NCBI GenBank assembly: GCA_947624335.1 | Contig: CANQJX010000001.1 | Location: forward strand, 1-38,679 | Source of the DNA: an uncultured Marvinbryantia sp. | GTDB taxonomy: Bacteria; Bacillota; Clostridia; Lachnospirales; Lachnospiraceae | Direction of reading: 5' to 3' | Length of the DNA: 38,679 bases | Made by a program: the position numbers and the translations under genes | The notes under the pieces: model-generated | What the model saw: the letters and a program-made list of their open reading frames with translations, nothing else | Told to the model about the DNA's origin: nothing | Database searches by the model: none | Shown: positions 12,101-22,541 of the stretch, piece after piece | Layout of the letters: every line of letters begins with the position of its first letter | How positions within the stretch are numbered: position 1 is the first letter of the stretch

Positions 12101-12235
12101 ATGAAAATGACATTTCAGCCGAAAAAGAGATCCAGAGCGAAAGTTCATGGTTTCAGAGCCAGAATGAAAACAGCAGGCGGCAGAAAAGTTCTCGCTGCGA
12201 GAAGAGCTAAGGGAAGAAAAGTATTATCTGCATAA
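12101..12235 (+). CDS. rpmH: 50S ribosomal protein L34 (below ORF-track cutoff)
   Basis: Translated by hand: [44 protein letters not shown]; AAGGAGGT SD. Confidence 0.98.
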   Translation: MKMTFQPKKRSRAKVHGFRARMKTAGGRKVLAARRAKGRKVLSA

Positions 12236-12282
12236 TAAAAAGTAAAATTGTTGCAAATAATAGCGCCCGATTTCCGGGCGCA

Positions 12283-12630
12283 TTGCAATTTTATGGAACG
12301 ATGGAATCATTAAAAAAAAACAAAGATTTTCAAAAAATTTATCAGGAAGGTAAATCCTGTGCAAACAAATATCTGGTAATGTATGCGTTACAGAATGCTC
12401 GAACCGGGAATCGCCTGGGAATATCTGTAAGCAAAAAGGTCGGGAATAGTGTAATAAGACATCGTCTGAAAAGATTGGTAAGGGAAAGCTACCGCCTGAA
12501 TGAAAAAATCTGTAAATACGGGTACGACATAGCGATCATTGTACGTCCGGCGGCAAAGGGAAAAAATTATCAGGAAATCGAAAGCGCGCTGCTGCATCTT
12601 TTTAAAATACAGAAGCTGCTTGCCGCTTAA
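12283..12630 (+). CDS. rnpA: Ribonuclease P protein component
   Basis: [33 protein letters not shown]. Start uncertain (TTG 12283 or ATG 12301). Confidence 0.95.
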   Translation: MQFYGTMESLKKNKDFQKIYQEGKSCANKYLVMYALQNARTGNRLGISVSKKVGNSVIRHRLKRLVRESYRLNEKICKYGYDIAIIVRPAAKGKNYQEIESALLHLFKIQKLLAA

Positions 12631-12641
12631 TTGTTGAAAAA

Positions 12642-12884
12642 ATGAAAAGAATATTGATCTATTGGATTCGTTTCTATCAGAGAAGATTATCGCCTTTGAA
12701 AAAAATGCGCTGTCCCTACTACCCTACCTGTTCCAACTATGGAATACAGGCAATTGAAAAACACGGAGCCATCAAAGGAAGTATGCTGGCGATATGGCGT
12801 GTTTTAAGATGTAATCCTTTTTCACACGGAGGAATTGATCCGGTTCCGGAGAAATTTTTGTCTTTTAGGAGGAAAAAAGATTGA
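12642..12884 (+). CDS. yidD: Membrane protein insertion efficiency factor
   Basis: [24 protein letters not shown]. Confidence 0.95.
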   Translation: MKRILIYWIRFYQRRLSPLKKMRCPYYPTCSNYGIQAIEKHGAIKGSMLAIWRVLRCNPFSHGGIDPVPEKFLSFRRKKD

Positions 12885-14155
12885 AAACAATGTTACTTAC
12901 AAAAAGTAATTGGTTTATTATTGGACCGGTAGCGACTCTGCTCGGTTTTGTAATGAATGGAATTTATCTGTTTATGGATGGCGCGTTTTCTATCCAGAAC
13001 ATAGGTATTTGCATTATTTTATTCACCGTTATTATTAACCTTCTTCTGCTTCCGATGACGATTAAACAGCAAAAATCAATGAAGATACAGGCTGTTATGA
13101 ATCCGGAACTGCAGGCGCTGCAAAAAAAGTATAAAAACAAAAGAGATAACGCGTCTATGATGAAGATGCAGGAAGAACAGCAGGCATTGTACGCAAAATA
13201 CGGCGTTTCCATGATGGGAAGCTGCCTTACCATGCTGATCCAGATGCCGATTCTTTTTGCGATGTATCAGGTTATCTGGAAAATTCCCGCTTATATCAGC
13301 GGCGTATACTCCGTTTATACCAATCTGGTAAACAAGCTTTTAACGACAAACGGAGCGCAGGAATTTTTACAGCAGTTCGCCACACAGGCAAGAGTAAACT
13401 TTGATAAACTGGGTTTTACTTCCAATACGATTGTAGACGTCTTATACAATTTCAGACCGGATAACTGGTCGGAACTGGCGAAGCAGTTTCCCAATCTGGC
13501 TGATATTATTAACAAAACGGCAACGGAAACAGAACATATCAACAGCTTTCTCGGTATTAATATCGCGGACGCTCCGTTATCCATTATTCAAAAAGGCATG
13601 GCAAACGGCATTCTGCCGCTGATTGTCGCGATTGCGATTCCGATACTGGCAGGTCTTACGCAGTATTTAAGTACAAAATTGATGCCGCAGCAGGACCAGG
13701 CGGGCGCGGAAGAAAGTTCCATGACAAGCAGCTTAAAGACAATGAATACCGTTATGCCGCTGATCTCCGTATTTATCAGCTTTACGCTCTCGGCAGGTCT
13801 CGGTATTTACTGGATCGCCAGCTCGGTAGTAAGAAGCATCATTCAGATTATTGTCAATCGGAAAATAGAAAAAATTGACATCAATGAAATGGTGAAAGAA
13901 AATATCGAGAAGTATAATGAAAAAAGAAAAAAACAGGGTCTTCCGCCCGACAGGATCAGCGGACAGGCGAAAGCAAATTTGCGGAACCTGCAGAATCCGG
14001 CGGATGACGAGGAAGAAGATGCGAAACGGGAAAAGAGACTGAACGATATGAAAAAGTCCACAGAATATTATAACAATACCGCGAAACCCGGAAGTATCGC
14101 TGCAAAAGCAAGAATGGTGCAGCAATACAACGAGAAAAATAATAAGAAAAAGTAA
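12881..14155 (+). CDS. yidC: YidC/Oxa1 family membrane protein insertase
   Basis: [40 protein letters not shown]; TTG start after AGGAGG; canonical synteny. Confidence 0.93.
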   Translation: MKTMLLTKSNWFIIGPVATLLGFVMNGIYLFMDGAFSIQNIGICIILFTVIINLLLLPMTIKQQKSMKIQAVMNPELQALQKKYKNKRDNASMMKMQEEQQALYAKYGVSMMGSCLTMLIQMPILFAMYQVIWKIPAYISGVYSVYTNLVNKLLTTNGAQEFLQQFATQARVNFDKLGFTSNTIVDVLYNFRPDNWSELAKQFPNLADIINKTATETEHINSFLGINIADAPLSIIQKGMANGILPLIVAIAIPILAGLTQYLSTKLMPQQDQAGAEESSMTSSLKTMNTVMPLISVFISFTLSAGLGIYWIASSVVRSIIQIIVNRKIEKIDINEMVKENIEKYNEKRKKQGLPPDRISGQAKANLRNLQNPADDEEEDAKREKRLNDMKKSTEYYNNTAKPGSIAAKARMVQQYNEKNNKKK

Positions 14156-14169
14156 AGGGAGGTTTTATT

Positions 14170-15024
14170 ATGGATTATATTACCGTAACCGCTAAAACCG
14201 TACAAGACGCTATTTTGGAAGCGTCCCTTCAGTTGGAGACGTTCCGCGATAATATTGAGTATGAAGTAATTGAAGAAGGAAGCAGCGGATTCTTTGGAAT
14301 CGGAGGCAAAAAGGCCGTTATTAAGGCGCGAAAAAAAGTAGCGATTGAAGATATTCTGACGGACGAGCCAAAGACAGACTATTCTTCCAGAAAAGCGGAG
14401 AAAAAAGAACCGAAAAAAGAGCCGAAAAAAGAATTTAAGAAAGACAAAAAAGAAATAAAAACGGAAGAAAAAGAAGAAATGCTTCCACAGGAAGACGCAT
14501 TTGAAGAAGCGGAACCGGAAGAAAGAAAAGAGCGCAAGGTAGCGGTGCTTACCCCGGAGGAACAGGAAGAAGCAAAGGCGAAAGCGGAAAAATTCTTAAA
14601 AGACGTATTTGCGTCCATTGAGATGGAAGTCGGCGTAGAAACGGATTACACGGACGAGGTTTTGAATGTGGAACTTTCCGGCGACGATATGGGCGTGCTG
14701 ATCGGAAAGCGCGGACAGACGCTGGATTCTCTTCAGTATCTGACAAGCCTTGTTGTAAATAAGGACAAATCCGGCTACACCCGCGTAAAAGTAGATACCG
14801 AAAATTATCGCAGCCGCAGGAAAAAGACCTTGGAAAATCTGGCAAAGAATATTGCGTTTAAGGTAAAGAGAACGAGAAGGCCGGTATTTTTGGAGCCGAT
14901 GAACCCGTATGAAAGACGGATCATCCACTCCGCTCTGCAAAACGATCCCTATGTGACGACCCACAGCGAAGGGGAAGAACCTTATCGCAAGGTAGTTGTG
15001 ACATTAAAGAAAAATGGCAGATAA
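14170..15024 (+). CDS. jag: Jag/EloR (KhpB) RNA-binding protein
   Basis: Jag N-domain (GFFGIG), KH motif LIGKRGQTLDSLQ, R3H motif ERRIIH; charged linker with KKEP repeats. Confidence 0.95.
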   Translation: MDYITVTAKTVQDAILEASLQLETFRDNIEYEVIEEGSSGFFGIGGKKAVIKARKKVAIEDILTDEPKTDYSSRKAEKKEPKKEPKKEFKKDKKEIKTEEKEEMLPQEDAFEEAEPEERKERKVAVLTPEEQEEAKAKAEKFLKDVFASIEMEVGVETDYTDEVLNVELSGDDMGVLIGKRGQTLDSLQYLTSLVVNKDKSGYTRVKVDTENYRSRRKKTLENLAKNIAFKVKRTRRPVFLEPMNPYERRIIHSALQNDPYVTTHSEGEEPYRKVVVTLKKNGR

Positions 15025-15034
15025 ATAACGGTGC

Positions 15035-15080
15035 AAAAAAGTAACTGTTGACCGGAGATACAAAGACAGTTACTTTTTTT
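15035..15080 (+). terminator. Intrinsic terminator after jag
   Basis: AAAAAAGTAACTGT (15035-15048) / ACAGTTACTTTTTT (15066-15079) inverted repeat ending in T7. Confidence 0.7.
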
Positions 15081-15109
15081 GTATGCCGGTTTCTATGAGG
15101 AAAGGAATT

Positions 15110-16483
15110 ATGAAAACAGATACGATTGCCGCAATCTCCACCGGGATGACCGCTTCCGGAATCGGGATTGTGCGGCTAAGCGGCGAGGACGCTTTTCAAA
15201 TCGCAGACAAAATGTATGTGTCAAAATCGGATAAAAAGCTGTCGGACATGCCCTCGCATACGATTCATTATGGCTTTATTGCAGACGATGAGGATGTGAT
15301 CGACGAAGTACTGGTAATGCTTCTGCGCGCTCCCCGAAGTTTTACGGCGGAAAACACCGTTGAGATTAATTGCCACGGCGGCGTGTACGCCATGAAACGG
15401 ATTTTGGAACTGGCGGTGAAATGCGGGGCAAGGCCTGCCGAACCGGGCGAATTTACAAAACGCGCTTTTTTAAACGGGCGGATGGATCTTTCACAGGCGG
15501 AGGCAGTGATCGACGTGATCCAGTCTAAAAATGAATATGCCCTGAAAAGTTCTGTCAGCCAGTTAAAAGGCTCTGTTTTAAGAGTGATCCGCGAACTGAG
15601 GGAAAAAATTCTCTATGAGCTTGCGTTTATCGAATCCGCCCTGGACGATCCGGAGCATATCAGCTTAAGCGAATACCCGAAACGACTGGATCGGACGGCA
15701 AAACAAATGGAGCGCGATCTGGAAAAACTGATTGCTTCTTCACAAAACGGCAGGCTGATGAAAGAAGGAATCAAAACCGTTATCGTAGGAAAGCCAAACG
15801 CCGGGAAATCTTCTCTTTTAAATCTTCTTTTGGGAGAAGAGCGGGCGATCGTCACGGACATTGCGGGGACAACAAGAGATACCCTGGAAGAACAGATCCA
15901 GATTCACGGGATCAGCCTGCAGATCATCGATACGGCCGGAATCCGCGATACCGAAGACACGATAGAAAAAATCGGCGTGGATAAAGCGCGCGCTTACGCA
16001 AAGGATGCGGATTTGATTTTGTATGTGGTTGATTCCGCCGCCGCGCTGGATGAAAACGACGAACAGATCATCCGCATGATCCGCGGCAAAAAAGTAATCA
16101 TCCTCTTAAATAAAACGGATCTGGAAACCGTAACGACCAAGGAGGCCGTTCTGGCTAAATTAAAAAAACCGATCGTTCCTGTTTCGGCAAAAGAAGAAAC
16201 CGGGCTGGATCTTCTGGAACAGACGATAAAAGACATGTTCTATGCGGGAAATCTTTCGTTTAACGACGAAGTCTATATTACAAATATGCGGCAGAAATCC
16301 GCGCTGGAGGCCGCCCTGGAAAGCATACGCAAAGTACGGGAAAGCATCCGCTGCCAAATGCCGGAAGACTTTTTTTCCATCGATCTGACGGACGCTTACG
16401 AAGAACTGGGAAAGATCACCGGAGAATCCGCGGGAGAAGATCTGATCAACGAAATATTCCGCAGGTTTTGCATTGGAAAATAG
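15110..16483 (+). CDS. mnmE: tRNA modification GTPase MnmE
   Basis: DTIAAIST, GEFTKRAFLNG, GKPNAGKSS, GTTRD, DTAG, NKTD, FCIGK; start at ATG 15110 after GAGGAAAGGA. Confidence 0.97.
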   Translation: MKTDTIAAISTGMTASGIGIVRLSGEDAFQIADKMYVSKSDKKLSDMPSHTIHYGFIADDEDVIDEVLVMLLRAPRSFTAENTVEINCHGGVYAMKRILELAVKCGARPAEPGEFTKRAFLNGRMDLSQAEAVIDVIQSKNEYALKSSVSQLKGSVLRVIRELREKILYELAFIESALDDPEHISLSEYPKRLDRTAKQMERDLEKLIASSQNGRLMKEGIKTVIVGKPNAGKSSLLNLLLGEERAIVTDIAGTTRDTLEEQIQIHGISLQIIDTAGIRDTEDTIEKIGVDKARAYAKDADLILYVVDSAAALDENDEQIIRMIRGKKVIILLNKTDLETVTTKEAVLAKLKKPIVPVSAKEETGLDLLEQTIKDMFYAGNLSFNDEVYITNMRQKSALEAALESIRKVRESIRCQMPEDFFSIDLTDAYEELGKITGESAGEDLINEIFRRFCIGK

Positions 16484-16509
16484 GGGTTATTTAAAAAAGA
16501 GGTAGACTT

Positions 16510-18384
16510 ATGAAATTAGAATGCAGTACGGATATTGTAGTGGTAGGCGCAGGACACGCCGGATGCGAAGCCGCGCTTGCCTGCGCAAGACTTGGCTTAA
16601 AGACGGTGATGTTTACGGTCAGCATAGACAGCATCGCGCTGATGCCCTGTAATCCCAATATCGGCGGAAGCGCAAAGGGACATTTGGTAAAAGAAATTGA
16701 CGCTCTGGGCGGCGAAATGGGAAAAAACATTGACCGCACGTTTATCCAGTCGAAAATGCTCAATAAATCCAAAGGGCCGGCGGTACATTCTCTGCGCGCG
16801 CAGGCGGACAAGCGGGACTACAGCGGCGCGATGAGAAAAACGCTGGAAAATACCAAGAATCTGACGATCAAACAGGCGGAGGTAGCGAAAATCCTTGTAG
16901 AAGACGGCGTTTTAAAAGGAGTGGAAACGTATTCGGGAGCGCTCTACCGATGCAGGGCATGTATTCTCTGCACCGGCACCTATCTGAAAGCGCGCTGTAT
17001 CTATGGGGACGTCAGCAACGCGACCGGTCCGAACGGGCTGCAGGCGGCAAATTATCTGACGGACTCTTTAAAAGAAAACGGGATTACGATGTACCGCTTT
17101 AAAACGGGAACGCCGGCGCGCATTGATAAACGCTCCATCGATTTTTCCAGAATGGAAGAACAGTTTGGCGACGAGACAATCGTTCCCTTTTCTTTTACCA
17201 CAGATCCGGAGGATGTGCAGATCGATCAGGTTTCCTGCTGGCTGACTTATACAAACGAAAGCACGCACGAAATTATCCGCAAAAATCTGGACCGCTCTCC
17301 GCTCTATTCGGGAATGATCGAAGGAACCGGGCCGCGCTACTGCCCTTCTATCGAAGACAAGGTAGTAAAATTTGCGGATAAAGACCGTCATCAGGTCTTT
17401 ATTGAACCGGAGGGACGCTATACCAATGAAATGTACATCGGAGGGATGTCCAGTTCGCTTCCGGAGGACGTTCAGGTGGCGATGTACCGCACCGTACCTG
17501 GGCTGGAGCAGGCGCAGATTGTGCGAAACGCTTACGCGATTGAATATGACTGCATAGACGCCAGACAGCTCTCTCCTACGCTGGAGTTTAAGAAAATATC
17601 CGGTTTGTTCAGCGCCGGGCAGTTTAACGGAAGCTCCGGATACGAGGAAGCCGCGGCGCAGGGGCTGGCGGCCGGAATTAACGCGGCAAGAAAGGTACAG
17701 GGAAAGGAACCGATCATTTTTGACCGCTCACAGTCTTATCTGGGAGTTCTGATCGACGACCTGGTGACAAAGGAAAACAAAGAACCTTACCGCATGATGA
17801 CGTCGCGCTCGGAGTACCGTCTGCTGCTTCGGCAGGACAACGCGGATCTGCGGCTTACTCCGCTGGGCCATGAGATCGGATTGATCCCGGACGAACGATA
17901 TGAGGAGCTGCTGGAGAAAAAACGGCAGATTGCGCAGGAAATCGCGCGCGTAGAAAATGTAAGAATCAGGCCGGAAAAAGACGTGCAGGCCTTTTTGGAA
18001 AGATACAACAGCGCGCCTTTAAAATCGGGAACTGCTTTGGCGGAACTGATCCGCAGGCCGGAGCTGGATTATGAGACGCTTGCGCCCCTGGATAAAGACC
18101 GCCCCGCGCTTATGCGGGGAGTTGCCGGCCAGGTGAATATCAATATTAAATACGAAGGATACATTCAGCGTCAGCGAAAGCAGGTGGAACAATTCCGGAA
18201 GCTGGAAAATAAAAAACTGCCGGATACGCTGGATTACATGCAGATTCACGGGCTGCGTCTGGAGGCGCGGCAAAAACTGAACCAATACCGCCCCGCTTCT
18301 GTCGGGCAGGCCTCGCGCATTTCCGGCGTTTCGCCGGCGGATATTTCGGTGCTCTTGATTTATTTAAAATCGAACAGGAAGTAA
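16510..18384 (+). CDS. mnmG: tRNA uridine 5-carboxymethylaminomethyl modification enzyme
   Basis: [39 protein letters not shown]. Confidence 0.98.
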   Translation: MKLECSTDIVVVGAGHAGCEAALACARLGLKTVMFTVSIDSIALMPCNPNIGGSAKGHLVKEIDALGGEMGKNIDRTFIQSKMLNKSKGPAVHSLRAQADKRDYSGAMRKTLENTKNLTIKQAEVAKILVEDGVLKGVETYSGALYRCRACILCTGTYLKARCIYGDVSNATGPNGLQAANYLTDSLKENGITMYRFKTGTPARIDKRSIDFSRMEEQFGDETIVPFSFTTDPEDVQIDQVSCWLTYTNESTHEIIRKNLDRSPLYSGMIEGTGPRYCPSIEDKVVKFADKDRHQVFIEPEGRYTNEMYIGGMSSSLPEDVQVAMYRTVPGLEQAQIVRNAYAIEYDCIDARQLSPTLEFKKISGLFSAGQFNGSSGYEEAAAQGLAAGINAARKVQGKEPIIFDRSQSYLGVLIDDLVTKENKEPYRMMTSRSEYRLLLRQDNADLRLTPLGHEIGLIPDERYEELLEKKRQIAQEIARVENVRIRPEKDVQAFLERYNSAPLKSGTALAELIRRPELDYETLAPLDKDRPALMRGVAGQVNINIKYEGYIQRQRKQVEQFRKLENKKLPDTLDYMQIHGLRLEARQKLNQYRPASVGQASRISGVSPADISVLLIYLKSNRK

Positions 18385-18390
18385 AAAAGA

Positions 18391-19116
18391 ATGGACAGAA
18401 CGTATGATATAAACGCTTTTTGCGAGGACTGCAGGGAAATGAATGTAACGCTTTCTGCCGAACAACTGGCGCAGTTTCAGCGTTATTATGAGTGCCTGAC
18501 GCAGTGGAATGCTTTTATGAACCTCACTGCCGTTACAGATTACGGGGAAGTTTTGAAAAAACATTTTCTGGACAGCCTTGCGCTGGCTAAGGCGGCGGAT
18601 CTGAAAAAGGTAAGACGTCTGATTGATATTGGCACAGGCGCCGGTTTCCCCGGAATCCCGATAAAAATTGCGTTTCCGCAAATGGAGGTAGTGCTTCTGG
18701 ATTCTCTGGGAAAACGCGTAAAATTTTTAGACCATGTCATAAGCGAATTGCAGTTGTCTCAAATAACCGCAATCCACGGAAGGGCTGAAGAATTTGCAAA
18801 AAGCAACGATTACAGAGAACGCTTTGATCTGGCGGTATCCCGCGCCGTGGCGAATCTTTCTACCCTTTGTGAATATTGTATACCGTATACAAAACTACAC
18901 GGAGCGTTTATATCCTACAAATCGGGAAAAATTGAGGAAGAATTACAGGCCGCCCAAAACGCGATTGCGGCTCTTGGCGGAAAAACAGAGAATATCTGCA
19001 AATTTTCGTTAAAAGATGTCGGGGAACGGTCTCTGGTTGTAATTCGCAAGACGCGCGCTACGCCCAAAAAATATCCCAGGAAAGCAGGAACGCCTTCCCG
19101 GGAACCGTTATCGTAA
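18391..19116 (+). CDS. rsmG: 16S rRNA m7G527 methyltransferase
   Basis: WNAFMNLTA, KHFLDSL, DIGTGAGFPG, SRAVA, YPRKAGTP. Confidence 0.96.
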   Translation: MDRTYDINAFCEDCREMNVTLSAEQLAQFQRYYECLTQWNAFMNLTAVTDYGEVLKKHFLDSLALAKAADLKKVRRLIDIGTGAGFPGIPIKIAFPQMEVVLLDSLGKRVKFLDHVISELQLSQITAIHGRAEEFAKSNDYRERFDLAVSRAVANLSTLCEYCIPYTKLHGAFISYKSGKIEEELQAAQNAIAALGGKTENICKFSLKDVGERSLVVIRKTRATPKKYPRKAGTPSREPLS

Positions 19117-19186
19117 TTTTTAAACCATGCTGCTGCACAGACCCGCAAAATCCCCGGAGGCTCTTTGCTCTTCGCTTCGCGTGATC

Positions 19187-20128
19187 CTATAAAAACCGGC
19201 AGAATTTTTCCGGCGCTTCTAACTGCGGAAGCGCTTTTGTTTTTTCAACAAAGTGACAGCAAACCGATGCGTTTACATTCTGATAAGACTGCGCGATCTT
19301 CCGGCAATCCTTTATTTCCTCTCCAAAAATCAGATCTATCGGCTGGCTAAGGGAGGACAAGGCATAACGGACATCGAGGTTTACATAATGCCCTTTTATG
19401 CTGGCGTACAGATACCGCCCTCTCCCGCCGGAAAGATGAGCGGATTCATAGTAGGTTTGAACCAGCTTCGGCTGAATATGAAACGGATTATAAAAATAAC
19501 TTTCGGTGAATTCATATTGAAGCTGTTCAAAACTTGTGAGTATATAATATAAGGAAACGCCCAGAATCGGCAAACTCAAAATTGCTTTTGCCATTTTAGA
19601 ACGGCGGTTCGGCTGCACAGCCGCAGCCCCCAGACTTTCCGGGTTAACCAGCCGCAGCCTTCCAAACAGATCCGGGTGCATTTTCGCTGCGGTAATTGCA
19701 AAGGCGCAGGATTTTCCGGAGGCAAGCACATCAGTCTTTCCTCGGATGATTTTTTCTGCAAAGTCGGATATCAACTGCATATAAAGATAGTTGCTGTAAA
19801 CAATATTAGGCTTTTCGGAACGTCCGCAGCCCAACAGGTCAATGGCGTAAACCGTATGATCTTTTGAAAGGGAAGAAATTACTTCCGCCCACTCCTGCCT
19901 GGAAGCTGCGGGATGCAAATCGTGGATGACAAGCAGAGGAGATCCGCTGCCGGATTTTGTATAATAAATAGCCCCGTGTCTCCACTTATAGAAAGTTCCT
20001 TCCTTCTTTTTTAATAAGTGCCGATATACTGCGGTTGATTCAATAAATTTATTGACCAGGCACATGGCAACGGATGCGCCGACCGCTAATTTGACAAATG
20101 TTTTTAAACGATGTTTCATGTGAAACAT
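19187..20128 (-). CDS. Alpha/beta-hydrolase-fold protein, probably catalytically degenerate
   Basis: GSGSPLLVIH, VYAIDLLGCGRSEKP, LIFGEE, LPQLEAPE fold motifs, but no GxSxG. Start at ATG 20128 or 20119 (purine-rich SD at 20130-20140); ATG 20182 lies immediately next to the -10, upstream of the likely transcription start. Confidence 0.8.
   Translation of the reverse strand: MFHMKHRLKTFVKLAVGASVAMCLVNKFIESTAVYRHLLKKKEGTFYKWRHGAIYYTKSGSGSPLLVIHDLHPAASRQEWAEVISSLSKDHTVYAIDLLGCGRSEKPNIVYSNYLYMQLISDFAEKIIRGKTDVLASGKSCAFAITAAKMHPDLFGRLRLVNPESLGAAAVQPNRRSKMAKAILSLPILGVSLYYILTSFEQLQYEFTESYFYNPFHIQPKLVQTYYESAHLSGGRGRYLYASIKGHYVNLDVRYALSSLSQPIDLIFGEEIKDCRKIAQSYQNVNASVCCHFVEKTKALPQLEAPEKFCRFL
20112..20127. 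promoter_or_regulatory. parS site 1
   Basis: TGTTTCATGTGAAACA, one mismatch from the parS consensus TGTTNCACGTGAAACA; close to parAB and oriC. Confidence 0.92.
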
Positions 20129-20183
20129 TCCCCTTTCCCCAGTATAAATATAATAGGAGCAAAAAGCATTGTTTCCTTCCATT

Positions 20184-20212
20184 AGTATAATCGAAATGAA
20201 GGCCGGTTACAA
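20184..20212 (-). promoter_or_regulatory. Sigma-A promoter of the hydrolase-fold gene
   Basis: TTGTAA (20212-20207), 17 bp, TATACT (20189-20184). Confidence 0.6.
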
Positions 20213-20253
20213 GAACAAAATTATGCTAATTTTCGCGGCGTTTCCGAAACGAA

Positions 20254-20269
20254 TGTTTCATGTGAAACA
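20254..20269. promoter_or_regulatory. parS site 2
   Basis: Second identical TGTTTCATGTGAAACA, within AATGTTTCATGTGAAACATT. Confidence 0.92.
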
Positions 20270-20283
20270 TTTTCATGTAAATG

Positions 20284-20312
20284 TAGATTTCTGATGTAAA
20301 GTGTGTTATACT
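20284..20312 (+). promoter_or_regulatory. Probable parA promoter
   Basis: TAGATT (20284-20289), 17 bp, TG-T-TATACT extended -10 (20307-20312). Confidence 0.55.
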
Positions 20313-20343
20313 TCTTACTAGTACATTTAAAGGGGATTTTGAT

Positions 20344-21117
20344 ATGGGACGAGTGATTGTTGTCGCCAATCAAAAAGGCGGCGTGGGGAAAACCACAACG
20401 GCAATTAACCTGTCTGCCTGTCTTGCCGAGATGGGGAAAAAGGTACTGGCGATTGACATGGATCCGCAAGGAAACATGACGAGCGGACTCGGCGTAGACA
20501 AAAACGAGGCGGACAACACCGTATATGAATTGCTTTTAGGAGAAACAGATATAAAGAGCTGCCTGCAAAGCAGCATTGTAGACGGACTGGAGCTGATTGC
20601 TTCCAACATTAATCTGGCGGGAGCGGAAATCGAATTAATTGGGGCGGAAGAAAAAGAATTTATTTTGCAAAAATCGTTAGAAACGATAAAAGATGGGTAT
20701 GATTTTGTTATCATTGACTGCCCGCCGTCCTTAAATATGCTGACGATTAATTCGATGTGCGCGGCGGATACCGTTCTGGTGCCGATTCAATGCGAATATT
20801 ACGCGCTGGAAGGATTATCGCAGTTGATTCATACGATTGAACTTGTACAGGAACGCCTGAATCCGCGTCTGGAAATAGAGGGCGTAGTGTTTACCATGTA
20901 TGACGCGCGCACAAACTTATCACTGCAGGTAGTCGAAAATGTAAAAAACAATCTGCATCAGACTATTTATAAGACGATCATACCGCGCAATGTGCGTTTA
21001 GCGGAAGCGCCCAGCCATGGCATGCCGATCAATCTGTACGATACAAAATCGGCGGGCGCGGAAAGCTATCGGATGTTAGCGGATGAAGTAATGCATAGAG
21101 GAGAGGAAGAATGGTAA
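20344..21117 (+). CDS. parA: Chromosome partitioning ATPase ParA/Soj
   Basis: NQKGGVGKTTT, DMDPQGN, DCPPSL, PIQCEYYALEG, IPRNVRLAEAPSHG. Confidence 0.97.
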   Translation: MGRVIVVANQKGGVGKTTTAINLSACLAEMGKKVLAIDMDPQGNMTSGLGVDKNEADNTVYELLLGETDIKSCLQSSIVDGLELIASNINLAGAEIELIGAEEKEFILQKSLETIKDGYDFVIIDCPPSLNMLTINSMCAADTVLVPIQCEYYALEGLSQLIHTIELVQERLNPRLEIEGVVFTMYDARTNLSLQVVENVKNNLHQTIYKTIIPRNVRLAEAPSHGMPINLYDTKSAGAESYRMLADEVMHRGEEEW

Positions 21118-22010
21118 AAAAATCTGGCTTAGGGAGAGGTCTGGATTCTCTGATCGCCCCGGCTCCCCGAAAAACGGAAGCCGCGCAGGCGACCTCCGCG
21201 GATCCGGAAAAGGCGACGGCGCAGGACGGCGTCCTGATTGTGAAAACTTCGGAAATTGAGCCAAACAGAGCGCAGCCAAGAAAAAATTTTGATGAGGATG
21301 CGCTTTTGGAGCTTTCCGATTCCATCAAACAGTTTGGCGTGATCCAGCCGCTGGTTGTGCAGAAAAAGGGCAGCCGCTATGAAATCATAGCCGGCGAACG
21401 GCGCTGGCGCGCCGCAAAAAAGGCAGGCGTCCGCAAGGTGCCCGTCATTGTCAAGGAATATACGCCGCAGGAAGTAATGGAGATCTCTCTGATTGAAAAC
21501 ATACAGCGCGAAGATCTGAATCCGATTGAGGAAGCGCAGGCGTACAAGCATCTTTTAGAAGAATATCATTTAAAACAGGACGAGGTGGCGGAACGGGTAT
21601 CGAAAAGCCGCACCGCAGTTACAAATGCGATCCGTCTTTTAAAGCTGGACGAGCGGGTACAGCAGATGGTAATTGACGATATGATTTCAACGGGCCATGC
21701 GCGCGCGCTGCTTGCACTGGAAAACAAGGACGAGCAGTATGAACTGGCGGGGCGCATCTTCGACGAAAAAATCAGCGTGCGCGAAACGGAAAAACTGGTG
21801 AAGCGCCTTCGGAATCCCAAACCGGCAAAAACAAAGGCGGAAAACGTTTATGCGCTGGTATATAAAGATTTGGAAGAAAAGATCAAAGCGATTCTCGGCA
21901 CCAAGGTGACAATCGACCACAAAGCGAATAATAAGGGGAAGATCACCATTGAATATTATTCGAATGAAGAACTGGAGCGAATTGTGGAAATGATGGAAAC
22001 CTTAAGATAG
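21111..22010 (+). CDS. parB: Chromosome partitioning protein ParB/Spo0J
   Basis: KSGLGRGLDSLI ParA-activating peptide, QPRKNF, IIAGERRWRA, ENIQREDLNPIEEA, HTH, GHARALL. Confidence 0.97.
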   Translation: MVKKSGLGRGLDSLIAPAPRKTEAAQATSADPEKATAQDGVLIVKTSEIEPNRAQPRKNFDEDALLELSDSIKQFGVIQPLVVQKKGSRYEIIAGERRWRAAKKAGVRKVPVIVKEYTPQEVMEISLIENIQREDLNPIEEAQAYKHLLEEYHLKQDEVAERVSKSRTAVTNAIRLLKLDERVQQMVIDDMISTGHARALLALENKDEQYELAGRIFDEKISVRETEKLVKRLRNPKPAKTKAENVYALVYKDLEEKIKAILGTKVTIDHKANNKGKITIEYYSNEELERIVEMMETLR

Positions 22011-22021
22011 GAGTATAAAGA

Positions 22022-22531
22022 ATGGAAAATTCAATTTTAAACGACCTGATCATTGATCCGGGGATCATTCTCATCTTAATGATGATAGCAATTATCATAT
22101 TGTTTGTGCTTCAAATCAAAGCGATCTTTAAATTGAACCGCTTTATGAAAAAGTACAAAAGCTTTATGAAGGGAAAAGACGGGATATCCCTGGAAAAAAC
22201 TATCCTGCGCAGCATGAACGATATTGATATGCTGATGGAATCCAGCAAAAACCACATGGAGGAGATCCGGCAGCTAAAAGAAATTCAGCTTCACACACTG
22301 AATAAAACTGCGATTGTAAAATACGATGCGTTTAAAGAAATGGGAGGCAAGCTGAGTTTCGCCCTGGCGATGCTGGATCAGGAAAACAGCGGGTTCGTGC
22401 TGAACGCGATTCACAGCAGAGAAGGATGCTATACCTATATTAAAGAGATTGTAAAAGGGGAATCCTATATTATATTGGGAGAAGAAGAAAAAGAAGCGCT
22501 GCGTCAGGCAGTAAATATGTATGTAGATTAG
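22022..22531 (+). CDS. Membrane-anchored protein, DUF4446-like
   Basis: N-terminal TM, coiled coil, VKYDAFKEMGGKLSFALAMLD...YIKEI..GES...LGEEEKEAL; this family is recalled as lying downstream of parB in Clostridia. Confidence 0.75.
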   Translation: MENSILNDLIIDPGIILILMMIAIIILFVLQIKAIFKLNRFMKKYKSFMKGKDGISLEKTILRSMNDIDMLMESSKNHMEEIRQLKEIQLHTLNKTAIVKYDAFKEMGGKLSFALAMLDQENSGFVLNAIHSREGCYTYIKEIVKGESYIILGEEEKEALRQAVNMYVD

Positions 22532-22541
22532 GAGCAAAACT

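Noticed and set aside
14401-14436. 12-bp imperfect tandem repeat in jag (KKEP KKEP KKEF)
   Set aside because: Ordinary low-complexity linker of Jag proteins.
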